DNA from: Candidatus Babelota bacterium
GTDB taxonomy: Bacteria; Babelota; Babeliae; Babelales; Babelaceae
Reading direction: 5' to 3'
Length of the DNA: 64,000 nt
Assembly (NCBI GenBank): GCA_003165355.1
Contig: PLTG01000021.1
Span: 334-64,333, forward strand
Position numbers and translations under genes: made by a program. Below the pieces are notes generated by a model. It worked only from the letters and a program-made list of their open reading frames with translations. It searched no databases and was not told the DNA's origin. Of the stretch, positions 25,766 through 37,116 are shown in pieces; positions within the stretch are counted from its first letter, which is position 1, and each line of letters begins with the position of its first letter.

Positions 25766-27835
25766 ATGAGTATCCCATTAGATAAATTTAGAAATATAGG
25801 CGTTGCGGCGCACATTGATGCCGGAAAGACTACGTTCACTGAGCGTGTTCTTTTCTATACCGGTGTTTCCCATAAGATTGGTGAAGTTCACGAAGGTGAA
25901 ACGACTACCGATTGGATGGAGCAGGAAAAAGAGCGTGGTATTACTATTACTGCTGCTGCTATCTCTGCTTACTGGAAGAATTATCAAATTAACGTTATCG
26001 ATACTCCTGGTCACGTAGATTTTACTATTGAAGTTGGTAGATCGTTGCGTGTTCTTGATGGCGTGGTAGCGGTATTCTGTGGCGTTGGTGGCGTTCAGCC
26101 TCAATCTGAAACAGTATGGCGCCAAGCAAACCGTTATAAGGTTCCACGCATTATCTTTGTTAATAAATTAGATCGTATTGGCGGGGATTATTTCCGCGTC
26201 ATTAGCGATATTAATACTAAGTTACAAGCTAACGCTATCGCGATGCAGATTCCTGTCGGTGTATCTGAAGAACTTTCAGGTATTATCGATGTTCTTTCTA
26301 GGAAATATGTAACCTTTAGTGGCGAAATGGGTTCAACTGTTGAGTATTTAGAAGTTCCTGAAGAATACAAAAAACAGGTTGAAGAACAATTTGCAAAAAT
26401 TGTAGAAAAAGCAGCAGAAGTTGATGACGCACTTGCAGAAAAATTCCTTAACGAAGAGCCTATTACGGTTGCAGAAGTAAAAGCTGCATTGCGTAAGGGC
26501 ACTATTGATCGTAAAGTAGTTCCTGCTTTCTGCGGTACAGCCTTCAAAAATAAAGGTGTTCAGCTTGCGCTTGATGCGGTTATTGATTACTTGCCTGCGC
26601 CTTCTGATATCCCTCCTGTTTCTGGCATTGTTCCACGTACTGAAAAAACCGAAGAGCGTATAGCTTCTCCGGATGCGCCGTTTAGCGGTCTTGCATTTAA
26701 GATTATGACAGATCCATTTGTCGGAGTTTTAAGCTTTGTTCGTGTCTATTCAGGAACGCTTAAATCTGGTTCATATATTTATAATGCGACCAAAGGCGTT
26801 AAAGAGCGTGTAAGCCGTTTAGTTCGTATGTCGGCAAATAAACGTGAAGAAATTGCTGAATTGCGTGCTGGTGATATCGGTGCAGTAGTTGGATTAAAAG
26901 AAGCGACTACAGGTGATACATTGTGTGATGAAAACCATCCAATATTACTTGAAAAAATCGATATTCCAAATCCAGTTATTTCTGCTTCCGTTGAACCAAA
27001 ACAGAAAACAGATTACGAAAAAATGGGCCTTGGGTTGCGTAAACTTATGCAAGAAGATCCATCGTTCCAGTTTTCTTTTGATAAAGAGACTTCACAAACC
27101 GTTATTCGCGGTATGGGTGAGCTCCACTTAGAAATTATTGTTGATCGTTTAAAACGTGAACATAAGGTCGAAGTTACCCAAGGTAAACTACAAGTTGCGT
27201 TTAAAGAGACTATCCAAAAGCCTATTGAGGTTGAAGGTAAGTACATTAAACAATCTGGTGGTAAGGGGCAATATGGTCACGTATGGATTCAGTTTGAACC
27301 ACTTGAACGTGGTAAAGGCTATGAATTCGTTAACGATGTTGTTGGTGGAACAATTCCTCGTGAATTTATTCCAGGGGTTGAAAAAGGCCTTGAGAACGCT
27401 AAAAACTCTGGCGTCTTAGGTGGTTTCCCTGTAGTAGATTTTAAAGCAATCCTTAAAGATGGTTCTTACCATGACGTCGACTCTTCTGCGCTCGCGTTTG
27501 AGGTTGCTGCCTCTTTAGCATTTAAAGAGGGTATGAAAAAGGCTGATCCATGCCTACTTGAGCCTATTATGAAGGTTGAAGTAGAAACCCCAGAAGATTA
27601 TATGGGCGATGTGATGGGTGATTTAAACTCACGCCGCGGCCGTATATTGGGCATGGAAAGCAGAGCAGGGTCTCAGGTTATTATGTCAGAAGTTCCATTA
27701 GCAGAGATGTTTGGTTATGCAACGCAATTGCGTTCTATGTCCAAAGGTCGAGCAAGTTACTCAATGGAATTTGAATGTTACCGTGAGGTCCCTAAATCGG
27801 CTCAAGAACAAATTTTGAGTGCGAATAAAGCATAA
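25766..27835 (+). CDS. fusA: elongation factor G
   Basis: [17 protein letters not shown] and NKLD motifs, 689 aa. Confidence 0.98.
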   Translation: MSIPLDKFRNIGVAAHIDAGKTTFTERVLFYTGVSHKIGEVHEGETTTDWMEQEKERGITITAAAISAYWKNYQINVIDTPGHVDFTIEVGRSLRVLDGVVAVFCGVGGVQPQSETVWRQANRYKVPRIIFVNKLDRIGGDYFRVISDINTKLQANAIAMQIPVGVSEELSGIIDVLSRKYVTFSGEMGSTVEYLEVPEEYKKQVEEQFAKIVEKAAEVDDALAEKFLNEEPITVAEVKAALRKGTIDRKVVPAFCGTAFKNKGVQLALDAVIDYLPAPSDIPPVSGIVPRTEKTEERIASPDAPFSGLAFKIMTDPFVGVLSFVRVYSGTLKSGSYIYNATKGVKERVSRLVRMSANKREEIAELRAGDIGAVVGLKEATTGDTLCDENHPILLEKIDIPNPVISASVEPKQKTDYEKMGLGLRKLMQEDPSFQFSFDKETSQTVIRGMGELHLEIIVDRLKREHKVEVTQGKLQVAFKETIQKPIEVEGKYIKQSGGKGQYGHVWIQFEPLERGKGYEFVNDVVGGTIPREFIPGVEKGLENAKNSGVLGGFPVVDFKAILKDGSYHDVDSSALAFEVAASLAFKEGMKKADPCLLEPIMKVEVETPEDYMGDVMGDLNSRRGRILGMESRAGSQVIMSEVPLAEMFGYATQLRSMSKGRASYSMEFECYREVPKSAQEQILSANKA

Positions 27836-27884
27836 GTGGTTATAGAGTAAGTGTATCTAATTATAAAACTTGTCAGGAGTTACT

Positions 27885-29075
27885 ATGGCAAAGAGCGTAT
27901 TTACGCGTACAAAGCCTCACTTGAACGTCGGTACGATTGGTCACGTTGATCATGGCAAAACGACATTGACTGCTGCTATTGCAACAACATTAGCGGCAAA
28001 AGGTTTTGCTGAAGCGAAACGTTTTGATGAAATCGATAAGGCACCAGAAGAAAAAGCACGTGGTATTACTATTGCTATTTCACACATTGAGTATGAAACA
28101 GCAAATCGTCACTACGCTCACATCGACTGTCCAGGACACGCTGACTATGTTAAAAACATGATTACCGGTGCTGCACAGATGGATGGCGCTGTTTTGGTGG
28201 TATCTGCAGCAGATGGTGCTATGCCTCAAACTCGTGAACATATTCTTCTTGCAAAAAACGTTGGTGTTCCGTCACTCGTTGTTTTCTTAAACAAAGTCGA
28301 CATGGTTGATGATTCAGACATGGTTGATATGGTTGAAGAAGAGATTCGTGATCTTCTTAATAAATATGATTTCCCTGGTGACAAAACTCCTATTATCCGT
28401 GGTTCTGCATTAAAAGCACTACAAGGTGATAAAGGTGATCTTGGTACACAATCAATCGATCGTTTAATGGACGCGTTGGATAACTATATTCCAGCTCCTT
28501 TACGTGAAATTGATAAGCCGTTCTTAATGGCTGTTGAAGGGGTATTCTCAATTGCAGGTCGTGGTACCGTTGCTACTGGCCGTATTGAACGTGGTCGTAT
28601 TAAAGTGGGCGAAGAGATCGAAATTATTGGTCTTGGTACTCATGTTAAGACGATTGTTACGGGTATTGAAATGTTCCGTAAAACATTGGAACATGGCGAA
28701 GCTGGTGATAACGTTGGAATCTTGCTTCGTGGTACGAAAAAAGAAGAGATTGAACGTGGTATGGTTCTTGCAAAAACAGGTTCCGTTAAGCCGCACAAGA
28801 AGTTCAAATGCCAAGTATACGTTCTTTCTAAAGATGAAGGCGGACGTCACTCTCCATTCTTTAATGGTTACCGTCCACAATTCTATTTTAGAACAACAGA
28901 CGTTACTGGTGTTGTAACACTTCCTGAAGGTCGTGAAATGGTTATGCCGGGTGATGACGTTAACTTGACTGTTGAACTTATTACGCCAATTGCAATGGAA
29001 AAAGATGGACGCTTTGCAATTCGTGAAGGTGGCAGAACGGTTGGTTCCGGTGTTGTTACTGAGATTTTAAATTAA
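27885..29075 (+). CDS. tuf: elongation factor Tu
   Basis: ATG at 27885 lies behind aggag. [35 protein letters not shown] and NKVD motifs. The track ORF starts at TTG 27870. Confidence 0.98.
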   Translation: MAKSVFTRTKPHLNVGTIGHVDHGKTTLTAAIATTLAAKGFAEAKRFDEIDKAPEEKARGITIAISHIEYETANRHYAHIDCPGHADYVKNMITGAAQMDGAVLVVSAADGAMPQTREHILLAKNVGVPSLVVFLNKVDMVDDSDMVDMVEEEIRDLLNKYDFPGDKTPIIRGSALKALQGDKGDLGTQSIDRLMDALDNYIPAPLREIDKPFLMAVEGVFSIAGRGTVATGRIERGRIKVGEEIEIIGLGTHVKTIVTGIEMFRKTLEHGEAGDNVGILLRGTKKEEIERGMVLAKTGSVKPHKKFKCQVYVLSKDEGGRHSPFFNGYRPQFYFRTTDVTGVVTLPEGREMVMPGDDVNLTVELITPIAMEKDGRFAIREGGRTVGSGVVTEILN

Positions 29076-29093
29076 TCGAATGGATAATGATTG

Positions 29094-29399
29094 ATGAAAA
29101 AGCAAAAAATTCGCTTAACATTAAAATCTTACGATCATCATTTGCTTGATAAAGCAGTTAGACAAATTGTTTTAACAGTTAAACGGACAGGCTCTCTTGT
29201 AGTAGGGCCCGTTCCGCTTCCTAATAAATGGAGATGCTTTACCGTGTTGCGTTCACCGCATATCGATAAAAAGTCCCGCGAACAATTTGAAATAACAACG
29301 CATCGTAGAATTTTGGATATTGTTTCCCCATCAGATCAAACGATGGATGCTCTTATGAAATTGAGCATTTCATCAGGTGTTGATGTTGAAATTAAATAA
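29094..29399 (+). CDS. rpsJ: 30S ribosomal protein S10
   Basis: [14 protein letters not shown], then [25 protein letters not shown]. Confidence 0.97.
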   Translation: MKKQKIRLTLKSYDHHLLDKAVRQIVLTVKRTGSLVVGPVPLPNKWRCFTVLRSPHIDKKSREQFEITTHRRILDIVSPSDQTMDALMKLSISSGVDVEIK

Positions 29400-29401
29400 G
29401 T

Positions 29402-30049
29402 ATGAAAGGTCATGTAATGATCAATGGTTTCTGGGGTAGAAAAATTGGAATGACCCAGGTTTTTTCCGATGATCATAAAGTGGTGCCAGTAACTGTTATC
29501 GATCTTGCTCGTTGGTTAGTGACTCAGGTCAAAACCGCACAAAAAGATGGGTACAGCTCTGTGCAGCTTGGATGCGTGAAAAAGCGATATGAATCGAGTG
29601 AGTTCTCATCAGAATGGATGCAAGAACCACATAAATATTTTAGCGTGCGCAAAGAAGTACGTTTAGCTGAGGATCTGTCACAAGATCTTCAAGTAGGAAG
29701 CGCTTTCAGTATCGACGAATTTATCGCTAAAGGTGATAATGTTGATGTTGTCGGCATTTCTATTGGACGTGGCTTTCAAGGCGGCGTGAAACGTCACGGC
29801 TTTACCGGCGGTGTTGCCAGTCATGGTAGCAAGCTTGGTCGTAAAGGCGGCTCTCTCGGTTTTATGAGGAGTCAAGGTCGTGTTATGAAAAATAAACGGA
29901 TGCCAGGACATATGGGCGTTGACCGTTGCATGATTAAAAATTTAGAGATCGTGCAAATTGAACCACAAGCGCGCATTGTGCTTGTCAAAGGTTCAGTCCC
30001 AGGAAAATCAGGTTCACTCGTTTATCTTACAAAGCGTGGGGATAATTAA
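29402..30049 (+). CDS. rplC: 50S ribosomal protein L3
   Basis: [10 protein letters not shown] and [14 protein letters not shown]. The start could alternatively be ATG 29417. Confidence 0.96.
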   Translation: MKGHVMINGFWGRKIGMTQVFSDDHKVVPVTVIDLARWLVTQVKTAQKDGYSSVQLGCVKKRYESSEFSSEWMQEPHKYFSVRKEVRLAEDLSQDLQVGSAFSIDEFIAKGDNVDVVGISIGRGFQGGVKRHGFTGGVASHGSKLGRKGGSLGFMRSQGRVMKNKRMPGHMGVDRCMIKNLEIVQIEPQARIVLVKGSVPGKSGSLVYLTKRGDN

Positions 30050-30672
30050 TGACGCAGATGATTAAAACAGTACTTACATCGTCAGATTTAGAACTTTCTG
30101 CGCGCTCAGAAGCGATAACGAACAATAAAGCACTCGGGCAATATATTCGTGCATTGATGCAAAATTGGCGTCAAGGTACAGTAGGTTGCAAAGATCGATC
30201 AGAAGTTGCCTTTTCCAATAAAAAACCTTGGAAGCAAAAAGGAACTGGTCGTGCTCGTGCTGGAAGTCCCCGTTCTCCACTTTGGCGTAAAGGTGGCGTC
30301 ACTTTTGGGCCGCAAGAACGTGTAAGAACTCTTAAAGTGTCAAAAAGCCAAAAAAGAGAAGTTTTTCTAAACTTACTTTGGTCTAAACTTGATGCTCAAA
30401 ATGTAGTTTCGTTGAATTGGTCAGTAGACGATAGACCAAAAACAGCTTTAGCATTTACCGCTTTAAAAGATGCGGGACTTGCAGATAAAAAAGTGGTGTT
30501 TTTTGTTTCAACGTATGATTTTATAACACAAGCATCCTTTGCTAATATTCCTAATGTTTCAATGATCTTTTTTGATCAGCCAAATGCGTTTACTTTAGCG
30601 CATGGAGACAGCTGGATGTTCTTAGCAAAAGATAGCGATTTATTTAAAGAAATGGTCGGCTTATGGAGTTAA
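30049..30672 (+). CDS. rplD: 50S ribosomal protein L4
   Basis: [31 protein letters not shown]. Confidence 0.96.
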   Translation: MTQMIKTVLTSSDLELSARSEAITNNKALGQYIRALMQNWRQGTVGCKDRSEVAFSNKKPWKQKGTGRARAGSPRSPLWRKGGVTFGPQERVRTLKVSKSQKREVFLNLLWSKLDAQNVVSLNWSVDDRPKTALAFTALKDAGLADKKVVFFVSTYDFITQASFANIPNVSMIFFDQPNAFTLAHGDSWMFLAKDSDLFKEMVGLWS

Positions 30673-30995
30673 GTATATATAACATCATTAAGGGCCCGCG
30701 CATATCTAATAAAGTGTACCGTCTTAACCAACAATTTAATCAGTTGGTTCTTGAGGTACATCCACAGGCTAATAAGCCTTTGATAGCGCAAGCACTTAGA
30801 GAATTGTTTAACGTTACGGCTGATAAGATTCGTATTGTTGTGTCTAAAGGGAAATTTAAACGTTCCGGACGCCATGTTTATCAAGGCAAGACACGAAAAA
30901 AAGCGTATGTAACTCTTAAAGAAGGCCAATCAATTGATATTATGAATTGGACGTCTCATGATGCCGGTTCTGAATCAGCAAAGGGCGGTGAATAA
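30663..30995 (+). CDS. rplW: 50S ribosomal protein L23
   Basis: Positioned between L4 and L2. Contains an L23-like segment, [18 protein letters not shown]. Confidence 0.93.
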   Translation: MELSIYNIIKGPRISNKVYRLNQQFNQLVLEVHPQANKPLIAQALRELFNVTADKIRIVVSKGKFKRSGRHVYQGKTRKKAYVTLKEGQSIDIMNWTSHDAGSESAKGGE

Positions 30996-31813
30996 TGGCT
31001 ATTATTACGCGTAAACCGAGAAATGCTTCATTGCGTTTCCAAACCTATTTAGATTCAAGCGACATCACTACATCAACTCCTGAAAAGTCGTTGGTTGTAG
31101 GATTACGTAAACATGGTGGACGTAACGCTTATGGCAGAATTACCGTAAGACATCGTGGTGGTGGTGCATTACAAAAATATCGTATGATCGACTTCAAAAG
31201 AGCGCAGTACGATGTTCCTGGAAAAGTAACTACAATTGAATATGATCCAAGTCGCAACGTTCGCATCGGTCTTGTTGTCTATGCCAACGGTTCAAAAGCT
31301 TACATGTTGCTACCGCAAGATATCACCGTCGGTTCTTCAGTAATATCAGGAAAAAACGTTGAAGCGAAAGTAGGCAATTGCTTGCCATTACGTTCAATCC
31401 CTGTCGGTTTTATGGTTCATAACATTGAAATTACACCAGGGTCTGGCGGAAAACTTTCTCGCAGTGCGGGGACTTCATGTCAACTTATGGCTAAAGCAGA
31501 TGATTATGCAACGTTAAAAATGCCTTCTGGTGAGATTCGCATGATTCACTTAGATTGCTGGGCAACCATTGGTGTTCTGGGCAATGCTGAGCATAAGAAT
31601 ATCTCTATCGGTAAAGCAGGTAGAAACCGTCGCAAAGGGATTCGTCCAACAGTTCGTGGTATGGCTATGAACCCGGTAGATCACCCTCATGGTGGTGGTG
31701 AAGGCCGTTCTAAGTCTGGCTCACATCCAGTAAGCCCAACGGGCAAAGGCGCTAAAGGTACTCGTACCAGAACGCGCAAAAACCCGCTTATTTTGAAACG
31801 TAGAAGACCATAA
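30995..31813 (+). CDS. rplB: 50S ribosomal protein L2
   Basis: GRNAYGRITVRHRGGG and MNPVDHPHGGGEG. Confidence 0.98.
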   Translation: MAIITRKPRNASLRFQTYLDSSDITTSTPEKSLVVGLRKHGGRNAYGRITVRHRGGGALQKYRMIDFKRAQYDVPGKVTTIEYDPSRNVRIGLVVYANGSKAYMLLPQDITVGSSVISGKNVEAKVGNCLPLRSIPVGFMVHNIEITPGSGGKLSRSAGTSCQLMAKADDYATLKMPSGEIRMIHLDCWATIGVLGNAEHKNISIGKAGRNRRKGIRPTVRGMAMNPVDHPHGGGEGRSKSGSHPVSPTGKGAKGTRTRTRKNPLILKRRRP

Positions 31814-31836
31814 TAGGATTTAAAAGGTAAATTGTT

Positions 31837-32124
31837 ATGACAAGATCCTCAAGAAAAGGTCCTTTCGTTGCAAGCAGCTTGCTTGAAAAAGTTGAGCGTA
31901 TGCAACAGGGCGGCAAGAGAGAGGCGATAAAAACCTGGTCTCGCGCAAGCGTGGTACTCCCTAATTTTGTAGGGATTACCTTTGCAGTACATGATGGAAA
32001 GAAACATGTTGCAGTGTATGTTACAGAAAATATGGTTGGCCACAAATTAGGTGAATTTGTGCCTACCAGAACGTTCAGATTACATAGTGGTCAGCGTAAA
32101 GCTGCGGTTGCTGAAAAGAAGTAA
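31837..32124 (+). CDS. rpsS: 30S ribosomal protein S19
   Basis: SRKGPFV and [12 protein letters not shown]. Confidence 0.98.
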   Translation: MTRSSRKGPFVASSLLEKVERMQQGGKREAIKTWSRASVVLPNFVGITFAVHDGKKHVAVYVTENMVGHKLGEFVPTRTFRLHSGQRKAAVAEKK

Positions 32125-32165
32125 TTTATATACACTGATAAGTACAACATAATAAGGTATAAATA

Positions 32166-32504
32166 ATGGAATTTACAGCAAAAGCACGTTATCTTTCCTA
32201 TTCGCCGTATAAATTGCGGCCATTAGTTGATGTGGTACGTGGCAAAAATGCTCGCTATGCTATTAACTGGTTGCGTACTTACCGCTCACAACGCTCAGAA
32301 GTTGTGAAGAAAGTGCTCGATTCAGTGCTTGCAAATGCAAAGAATCTAAAGAATATTGAACCGGAAAATCTCTTTATTAAAGAGATTTGTGTGGATCAGG
32401 GACCGATACATCGCTATTTTAAACCTGGCGCTCAAGGTCGTGCAAATCCTCAGCGTAAGCGGTTATGTCATATGAAGATTGTTTTAGAATCTAAAGAGGC
32501 TTAG
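32166..32504 (+). CDS. rplV: 50S ribosomal protein L22
   Basis: SPYKLRPLVDVVRGK, plus operon position. Confidence 0.96.
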   Translation: MEFTAKARYLSYSPYKLRPLVDVVRGKNARYAINWLRTYRSQRSEVVKKVLDSVLANAKNLKNIEPENLFIKEICVDQGPIHRYFKPGAQGRANPQRKRLCHMKIVLESKEA

Positions 32505-32505
32505 T

Positions 32506-33147
32506 GTGGGACAAAAGGTTAACCCAATAGGGTTTAGAATTGGTGTGTATCGCGACTGGGATTCCCGTTGGTTTCCACGCAATGGTAGCGATTCATATTC
32601 AAAATTCTTTTTTGAAGATTTAGCTGTTCGTAAATATTTGGAAAAAACACTTCCTGATGCTGATATTTCTCGTAGCGAGATTGAGAAGACAGGAAGCAGT
32701 TTTAAAGTTATCATTCATGCAGCTCGTCCTGGTGTAGTTATCGGGAAAAAAGGGCAAGAAATTGATAATTTGCGCCGAGGTTTAGCAAATCTTTTAAAAC
32801 GTGACAATATTGAAGTATCTGTTCAAGAAATTAAAAGCCCTGAACTAGATGCGCATGTTGTAGCTAAAAAGATCGCTCAAGATCTTGAAAAGCGTGCAAG
32901 CTTCAAGAAAGTTATGAAAAAAGCGGCAACTTCAGCGTTACGTAGTGGCGCTAAAGGTGTTAAAATTCGTGTAGCAGGACGTCTTGGTGGTGCAGAAATT
33001 GCACGTGATGAATGGATCCGTATAGGGTCGACACCATTACATACGTTGCGCGCAGATATCGATTACGGAACAGCTCAAGCCTTGACTACCTATGGTATTA
33101 TTGGTGTTAAAGTTTGGATCTGTAAAGGTGAATACCCCGTAGTATAA
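32506..33147 (+). CDS. rpsC: 30S ribosomal protein S3
   Basis: GTG start. GQKVNPIGFRIGV, a KH region, and RLGGAEIAR. Confidence 0.97.
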   Translation: MGQKVNPIGFRIGVYRDWDSRWFPRNGSDSYSKFFFEDLAVRKYLEKTLPDADISRSEIEKTGSSFKVIIHAARPGVVIGKKGQEIDNLRRGLANLLKRDNIEVSVQEIKSPELDAHVVAKKIAQDLEKRASFKKVMKKAATSALRSGAKGVKIRVAGRLGGAEIARDEWIRIGSTPLHTLRADIDYGTAQALTTYGIIGVKVWICKGEYPVV

Positions 33148-33164
33148 ACGACAAGGATATCAAT

Positions 33165-33635
33165 ATGTTAATGCCGAAAAAAATAAAATATAGAAAAGTT
33201 CAGAGAGGAACCCGTAAGGGCAGATCCAAAGGGGCTCGTGATGTTATGTTTGGTGACTATGGGCTGCAAGCTCTTGAACCGGTATGGCTTACTGCGGCTC
33301 AAATTGAAGCGATGCGTGTGACTATTTCACGTAGGCTCAAAAAAGTTGGAAAGATGTTCTTGCGTGTTTTCCCTGACAAACCTGTTTCTAAAAAACCTGC
33401 TGAAACTCGTATGGGTAAAGGTAAGGGGAACGTTGAATTTTGGGTAAGTGTAGTTAAGCGTGATCGTGTTGTTTGTGAAATTTCTGGGCTTCCTGAATTA
33501 GAGGCTAAAGCGGTTCTTAAGCAGGCACAATACAAGCTTCCTATGAAGACTAAAATTGTAAAACGTGAAGCAGCTCCTGTGCAAAAAATAGCGGTAAACA
33601 CTGAAGCGAGTGATGTGAGCAATGAAAAACAATAA
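33165..33635 (+). CDS. rplP: 50S ribosomal protein L16
   Basis: MLMPKKIKYRK and RMGKGKGNVEFW. About 20 extra C-terminal residues overlap the rpmC start. Confidence 0.97.
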   Translation: MLMPKKIKYRKVQRGTRKGRSKGARDVMFGDYGLQALEPVWLTAAQIEAMRVTISRRLKKVGKMFLRVFPDKPVSKKPAETRMGKGKGNVEFWVSVVKRDRVVCEISGLPELEAKAVLKQAQYKLPMKTKIVKREAAPVQKIAVNTEASDVSNEKQ

Positions 33636-33831
33636 AGCGTTATCGCAAGAGATGAAAAATATGAGCATTGAGCAATTGCGTGTTGCTGTAGATGAGGTGC
33701 GTCGTGAGTTGTTTCAGCTTCGTCTTAAATCTACTACCGGGCATGTAAAATCTTTTGCGTCTGATCAAAGAAGATTGAAAAGCTCAATCGCTCGTGGATT
33801 AACGTATTTACATCAGAAAATTCAAGCGTAA
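33622..33831 (+). CDS. rpmC: 50S ribosomal protein L29
   Basis: LRVAVDEVRRELFQLRLK, plus operon position. Confidence 0.93.
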   Translation: MKNNKALSQEMKNMSIEQLRVAVDEVRRELFQLRLKSTTGHVKSFASDQRRLKSSIARGLTYLHQKIQA

Positions 33832-33835
33832 GATT

Positions 33836-34090
33836 ATGGCAGAAAATAAAAAAAATAAATCGACATTGCGTGGCAAAGTTGTGTCAACTAAAATGGATAA
33901 AACCATTGTCGTTGAAGTTGAAAGAACTTTCATGCATCCGCGCCTTGCAAAAGTAATGCGTACGATTAAAAAGTATAAAGTTCACGATGAAGAAAAGCGT
34001 GCTGCATTGGGTGATCAAGTTGACATCCATGAAGGGCGTCCTGTTTCTAAAACTAAGTATATGTACTTAGTTGATGTTGTGAGCAAGTAA
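33836..34090 (+). CDS. rpsQ: 30S ribosomal protein S17
   Basis: [20 protein letters not shown] and KYKVHDE. Confidence 0.96.
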   Translation: MAENKKNKSTLRGKVVSTKMDKTIVVEVERTFMHPRLAKVMRTIKKYKVHDEEKRAALGDQVDIHEGRPVSKTKYMYLVDVVSK

Positions 34091-34100
34091 GGAAATTGTT

Positions 34101-34490
34101 ATGTCTACTATTCAAAAAGAAACTTATTTAAAGGTTGCTGACAATTCCGGCGCAAAAGAGATGCTTGTGTTTCACCTTGTAGGGAGCACTGGCAAAAAAG
34201 ATGCTGTCCTTGGTGATATTGTTATCTGCGCAGTTAAAGAAGCGATTCCTGGCGGACAAGTTAAAAAAAGTGACAAAGTGACTGCGGTGATTGTTCGCAC
34301 AAAAAAAGAGTATCGTCGTGCAGATGGTAGTTATATCTCATTTGGTGAAAATGCTGGAGTAATTATTAAATCTGTTGATGATGCAACACCGGTTGGTTCT
34401 CGTATCTTTGGTCCTATAGCTCGTGAATTACGTTTTAAAGGCAAAGAGAAGTTCGCTAAAATATTGTCATTAGCACCAGAAGTTGTATAA
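34101..34490 (+). CDS. rplN: 50S ribosomal protein L14
   Basis: [16 protein letters not shown]. Confidence 0.97.
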   Translation: MSTIQKETYLKVADNSGAKEMLVFHLVGSTGKKDAVLGDIVICAVKEAIPGGQVKKSDKVTAVIVRTKKEYRRADGSYISFGENAGVIIKSVDDATPVGSRIFGPIARELRFKGKEKFAKILSLAPEVV

Positions 34491-34498
34491 GGATAAGC

Positions 34499-34810
34499 AT
34501 GTTTCGTATTAAGAAAAACGACACTGTGATGGTGACAACGGGTAAAGACAAAGGTAAAACAGGTCAGGTTATTGAGCTTGATCTTAAGCATGACCGCGTT
34601 AAAGTTCGTGGGATTGCCATTGTCGTACGTCACGTTAAAGCTAAGCGTGAGGGCGAAGTCTCTTCAATTAAAAAAGAAGAGGGGTATGTACACATTTCTA
34701 ATGTGATGCCTATCGTTCCCTCAACAGGAAAACCTACACGTGTTAAAATTAAACAATTAGAAAATGGACAAAAAGAGCGTATTTCAACAGGTACGAACGA
34801 AGTCTTATAA
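34499..34810 (+). CDS. rplX: 50S ribosomal protein L24
   Basis: IKKNDTVMVTTGKDKGKTGQV (KOW motif). Confidence 0.96.
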   Translation: MFRIKKNDTVMVTTGKDKGKTGQVIELDLKHDRVKVRGIAIVVRHVKAKREGEVSSIKKEEGYVHISNVMPIVPSTGKPTRVKIKQLENGQKERISTGTNEVL

Positions 34811-34820
34811 CGGGTAGATT

Positions 34821-35384
34821 ATGGAATCAAAGAACACAAGTTCAGTAATACGATTAAAGCAAGAATACGAAAAGAACATTCGTCCTGCGCTACAAAAAGA
34901 GCTTGGTCTTAAAAATATTATGGAAGTTCCACGTATTAATAAGATCGTAGTGAATATTGGAGTAAAAGAGGCTGTTACTGACAGCAAAGAGCTGCAAAAA
35001 GTTAAAAAGAAACTTGCAGTGATTGCTAAACAGGCGCCTATTGAAACAGAATGTAAAAAATCGATCGCTGGCTTTAAAATTCGTGAAGGCATGAAAATCG
35101 GTGCATGTGTGACATTGCGCAATAAAAAAATGTATGAGTTCCTTGATGAACTTATAAATATAGCGCTGCCACGTGTACGTGATTTCCAAGGTGTAACTAA
35201 AAAGCTTGATGGTCGTGGAAATTACAACCTCGGCGTTAAAGAGTGGATTATTTTCCCTGAAGCAGAAGACAATGGCATGGAAAAACCCCATGGCATGAAT
35301 ATTACTATTCACACTTCTGCACATACTGACGAGCATGGATTTGCGCTATTAAAGCAATTTGGCATGCCGTTTAAAAAGAAATAG
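34821..35384 (+). CDS. rplE: 50S ribosomal protein L5
   Basis: VPRINKIVVNIGV and RGNYNLGVKE. Confidence 0.97.
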   Translation: MESKNTSSVIRLKQEYEKNIRPALQKELGLKNIMEVPRINKIVVNIGVKEAVTDSKELQKVKKKLAVIAKQAPIETECKKSIAGFKIREGMKIGACVTLRNKKMYEFLDELINIALPRVRDFQGVTKKLDGRGNYNLGVKEWIIFPEAEDNGMEKPHGMNITIHTSAHTDEHGFALLKQFGMPFKKK

Positions 35385-35424
35385 TGAGTTTCGACTCACC
35401 AATAGTGAGTTTTTAACTCACCAA
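35382..35424 (+). repeat. tandem duplicated hairpin in the rplE-rpsN spacer
   Basis: Two adjacent units, tagtgagtttcgactcaccaa (35382-35402) and tagtgagtttttaactcaccaa (35403-35424). Each forms a gtgagt/actcac stem. Confidence 0.6.
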
Positions 35425-35441
35425 TAAGGTAACGAAAAGAT

Positions 35442-35747
35442 ATGGCAAGAAAAGCATTAGTTGTAAATAACAACAAAAAGAAAGAACTTGTTGCTCGTTA
35501 CGCAGAACAGCGTAAAAAGTTAGTAGCAGTAGTTCAAAATCCAAAAACATCGCTTGATGAAAAAATGAAAGCGCAAAAGAAATTGGCAAGATTGCCACGT
35601 TCCTCAAGCGCAACACGTATTAGAAACCGTTGTGAGCTTTCAGGAAGACCTCGTGGTTATATTGGATTTTTCAAGCTTTCACGTTTATGTTTTAGAGAAT
35701 TTGCATCAAATGGCATGTTGCCTGGTGTGAAAAAAGCAAGTTGGTAA
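35442..35747 (+). CDS. rpsN: 30S ribosomal protein S14 (long, non-zinc form)
   Basis: [13 protein letters not shown]...[14 protein letters not shown]. 101 aa with no CxxC pairs. Confidence 0.96.
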   Translation: MARKALVVNNNKKKELVARYAEQRKKLVAVVQNPKTSLDEKMKAQKKLARLPRSSSATRIRNRCELSGRPRGYIGFFKLSRLCFREFASNGMLPGVKKASW

Positions 35748-35794
35748 TTCCGTTAGGGAATCCAACAGTTGGTAAACTGTTATAAGGATAGTCG

Positions 35795-36187
35795 ATGTCT
35801 ATTGATACAATTGGTAATTTTTTAACCATTATTCGTAATGGCATCATGGCTTCATTGCCTGATGTTAAGGCGCCCTATTCGAATCTCAAGTACCAAATAG
35901 CCTCAATCTTAAAAGACGAGGGTTATATTTGGGACTTCGGAATCGAAGGCGAAGGTGCTCATAAAAGTCTTAAGGTTGTGCTTAAATATGTTGATGGTGA
36001 GTCAGCAATACACGAAATTACTCGGGTAAGCAAGCCTGGAAGACGCGTTTATAAAGGCGTTTCCTCATTAGAGCCAGTTATTGGTGGGCTTGGGATTGCC
36101 ATTATAACGACTCCGCGTGGCGTTATAACTAACAAAAAAGCTCGTCAGCTTGCTGTTGGTGGTGAAGTAATTTGTACGGTTTGGTAA
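35795..36187 (+). CDS. rpsH: 30S ribosomal protein S8
   Basis: DTIGNFLTIIRNG and GGEVICTVW. Confidence 0.97.
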   Translation: MSIDTIGNFLTIIRNGIMASLPDVKAPYSNLKYQIASILKDEGYIWDFGIEGEGAHKSLKVVLKYVDGESAIHEITRVSKPGRRVYKGVSSLEPVIGGLGIAIITTPRGVITNKKARQLAVGGEVICTVW

Positions 36188-36196
36188 GGGTGGGTT

Positions 36197-36736
36197 ATGT
36201 CAAAAATTGGTAGAAAGCCTATTGATATATCAGGTGTTACCGTTGAAGTTAACGGTAATGATATCTCATTCAAGGGTAAAAAAATGGCAGGTCAATATAC
36301 CTTGCCAGATCTTTTAAAAGCTGAGATTGTTGATGGTCACCTTGTGATTACTTCTACACGTAAAACTGCAGAAACAAATCGCATTTGGGGATTAAACCGA
36401 GCATTACTTGCAAATAAAATCATCGGAGCAAATACAGGATTTGAGAAACAGATCCGTATCGTTGGTCTTGGTTATAAGGCTGTTGTGCAAGGTTCTAAGT
36501 TGCAATTTTCTTTAGGATTCAGCCATAAGATCGATTTTGATCTTCCGGCAGAAGTTACGGTTGAAACTGACAAAGTAGGTCAATTGTTGACATGCCGTTC
36601 TTCAAATAAAGAAGCATTAGGCTTGGTCTGTAGTGAAATCCGTGCATTGAGACCGCCAGAACCTTATAAAGGTACTGGTATTCAATATGTGGGTGAAGTT
36701 ATTAGACGTAAAGCTGGTAAAGCTAAATCGGCATAA
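36197..36736 (+). CDS. rplF: 50S ribosomal protein L6
   Basis: SKIGRKPI and GVGYK-like GLGYKA. Confidence 0.96.
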   Translation: MSKIGRKPIDISGVTVEVNGNDISFKGKKMAGQYTLPDLLKAEIVDGHLVITSTRKTAETNRIWGLNRALLANKIIGANTGFEKQIRIVGLGYKAVVQGSKLQFSLGFSHKIDFDLPAEVTVETDKVGQLLTCRSSNKEALGLVCSEIRALRPPEPYKGTGIQYVGEVIRRKAGKAKSA

Positions 36737-36765
36737 AACATTTAGATATATTTTGGAGTTATAAC

Positions 36766-37116
36766 GTGTCCATTTTAAGAAAAATAAAAAATCGAGTTCG
36801 ACGCCGTACATTACGCGTCCGCGCTGGATTATCATCTTCTTCTCCCCGTGTTTCGGTGTTTAGAAGTCTTAATCATATATATGCGCAAGTGATTGATGAT
36901 GCTCAACACAAAACAATAGTCAGCGCATCATCACTTGAAGTCGCAAAAGTTAAAGGCAGCAAAAAAGATGTTGCTCATGCTGTTGGCCTTGAGTTAGCAA
37001 AGAAGGCTTTAAGCAATGGGGTAGCAGAAGTTACCTTTGATCGTGGGCCTTTTCTGTATCATGGTCGAGTTAAATCACTAGCCGAAGGTCTTCGTGCTGG
37101 CGGTCTTAAAGTATAA
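36766..37116 (+). CDS. rplR: 50S ribosomal protein L18
   Basis: GTG start. PRVSVFRSLNHIYAQVIDD and FDRGPFLYHGRVKSLAEGLR. Confidence 0.96.
   Translation: MSILRKIKNRVRRRTLRVRAGLSSSSPRVSVFRSLNHIYAQVIDDAQHKTIVSASSLEVAKVKGSKKDVAHAVGLELAKKALSNGVAEVTFDRGPFLYHGRVKSLAEGLRAGGLKV

Noticed and set aside
25778-35336. Numerous 60-150-aa ORFs inside or antisense to fusA, tuf and ribosomal protein genes. Examples are 25778..26125, 26188..26547, 28534..28917, 28548..28880, 33299..33622 and 34890..35336.
   Set aside because: They lie wholly within strongly conserved genes, have low-complexity or odd composition, and have no independent start context. These are typical shadow ORFs.
35382-35424. CRISPR-like or other array signal from the duplicated hairpin. 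More generally, a search for CRISPR arrays across the window.
   Set aside because: Only two adjacent units with no spacers are present. No other regularly spaced direct repeats were seen anywhere in the 64 kb, and no cas-like genes are present.
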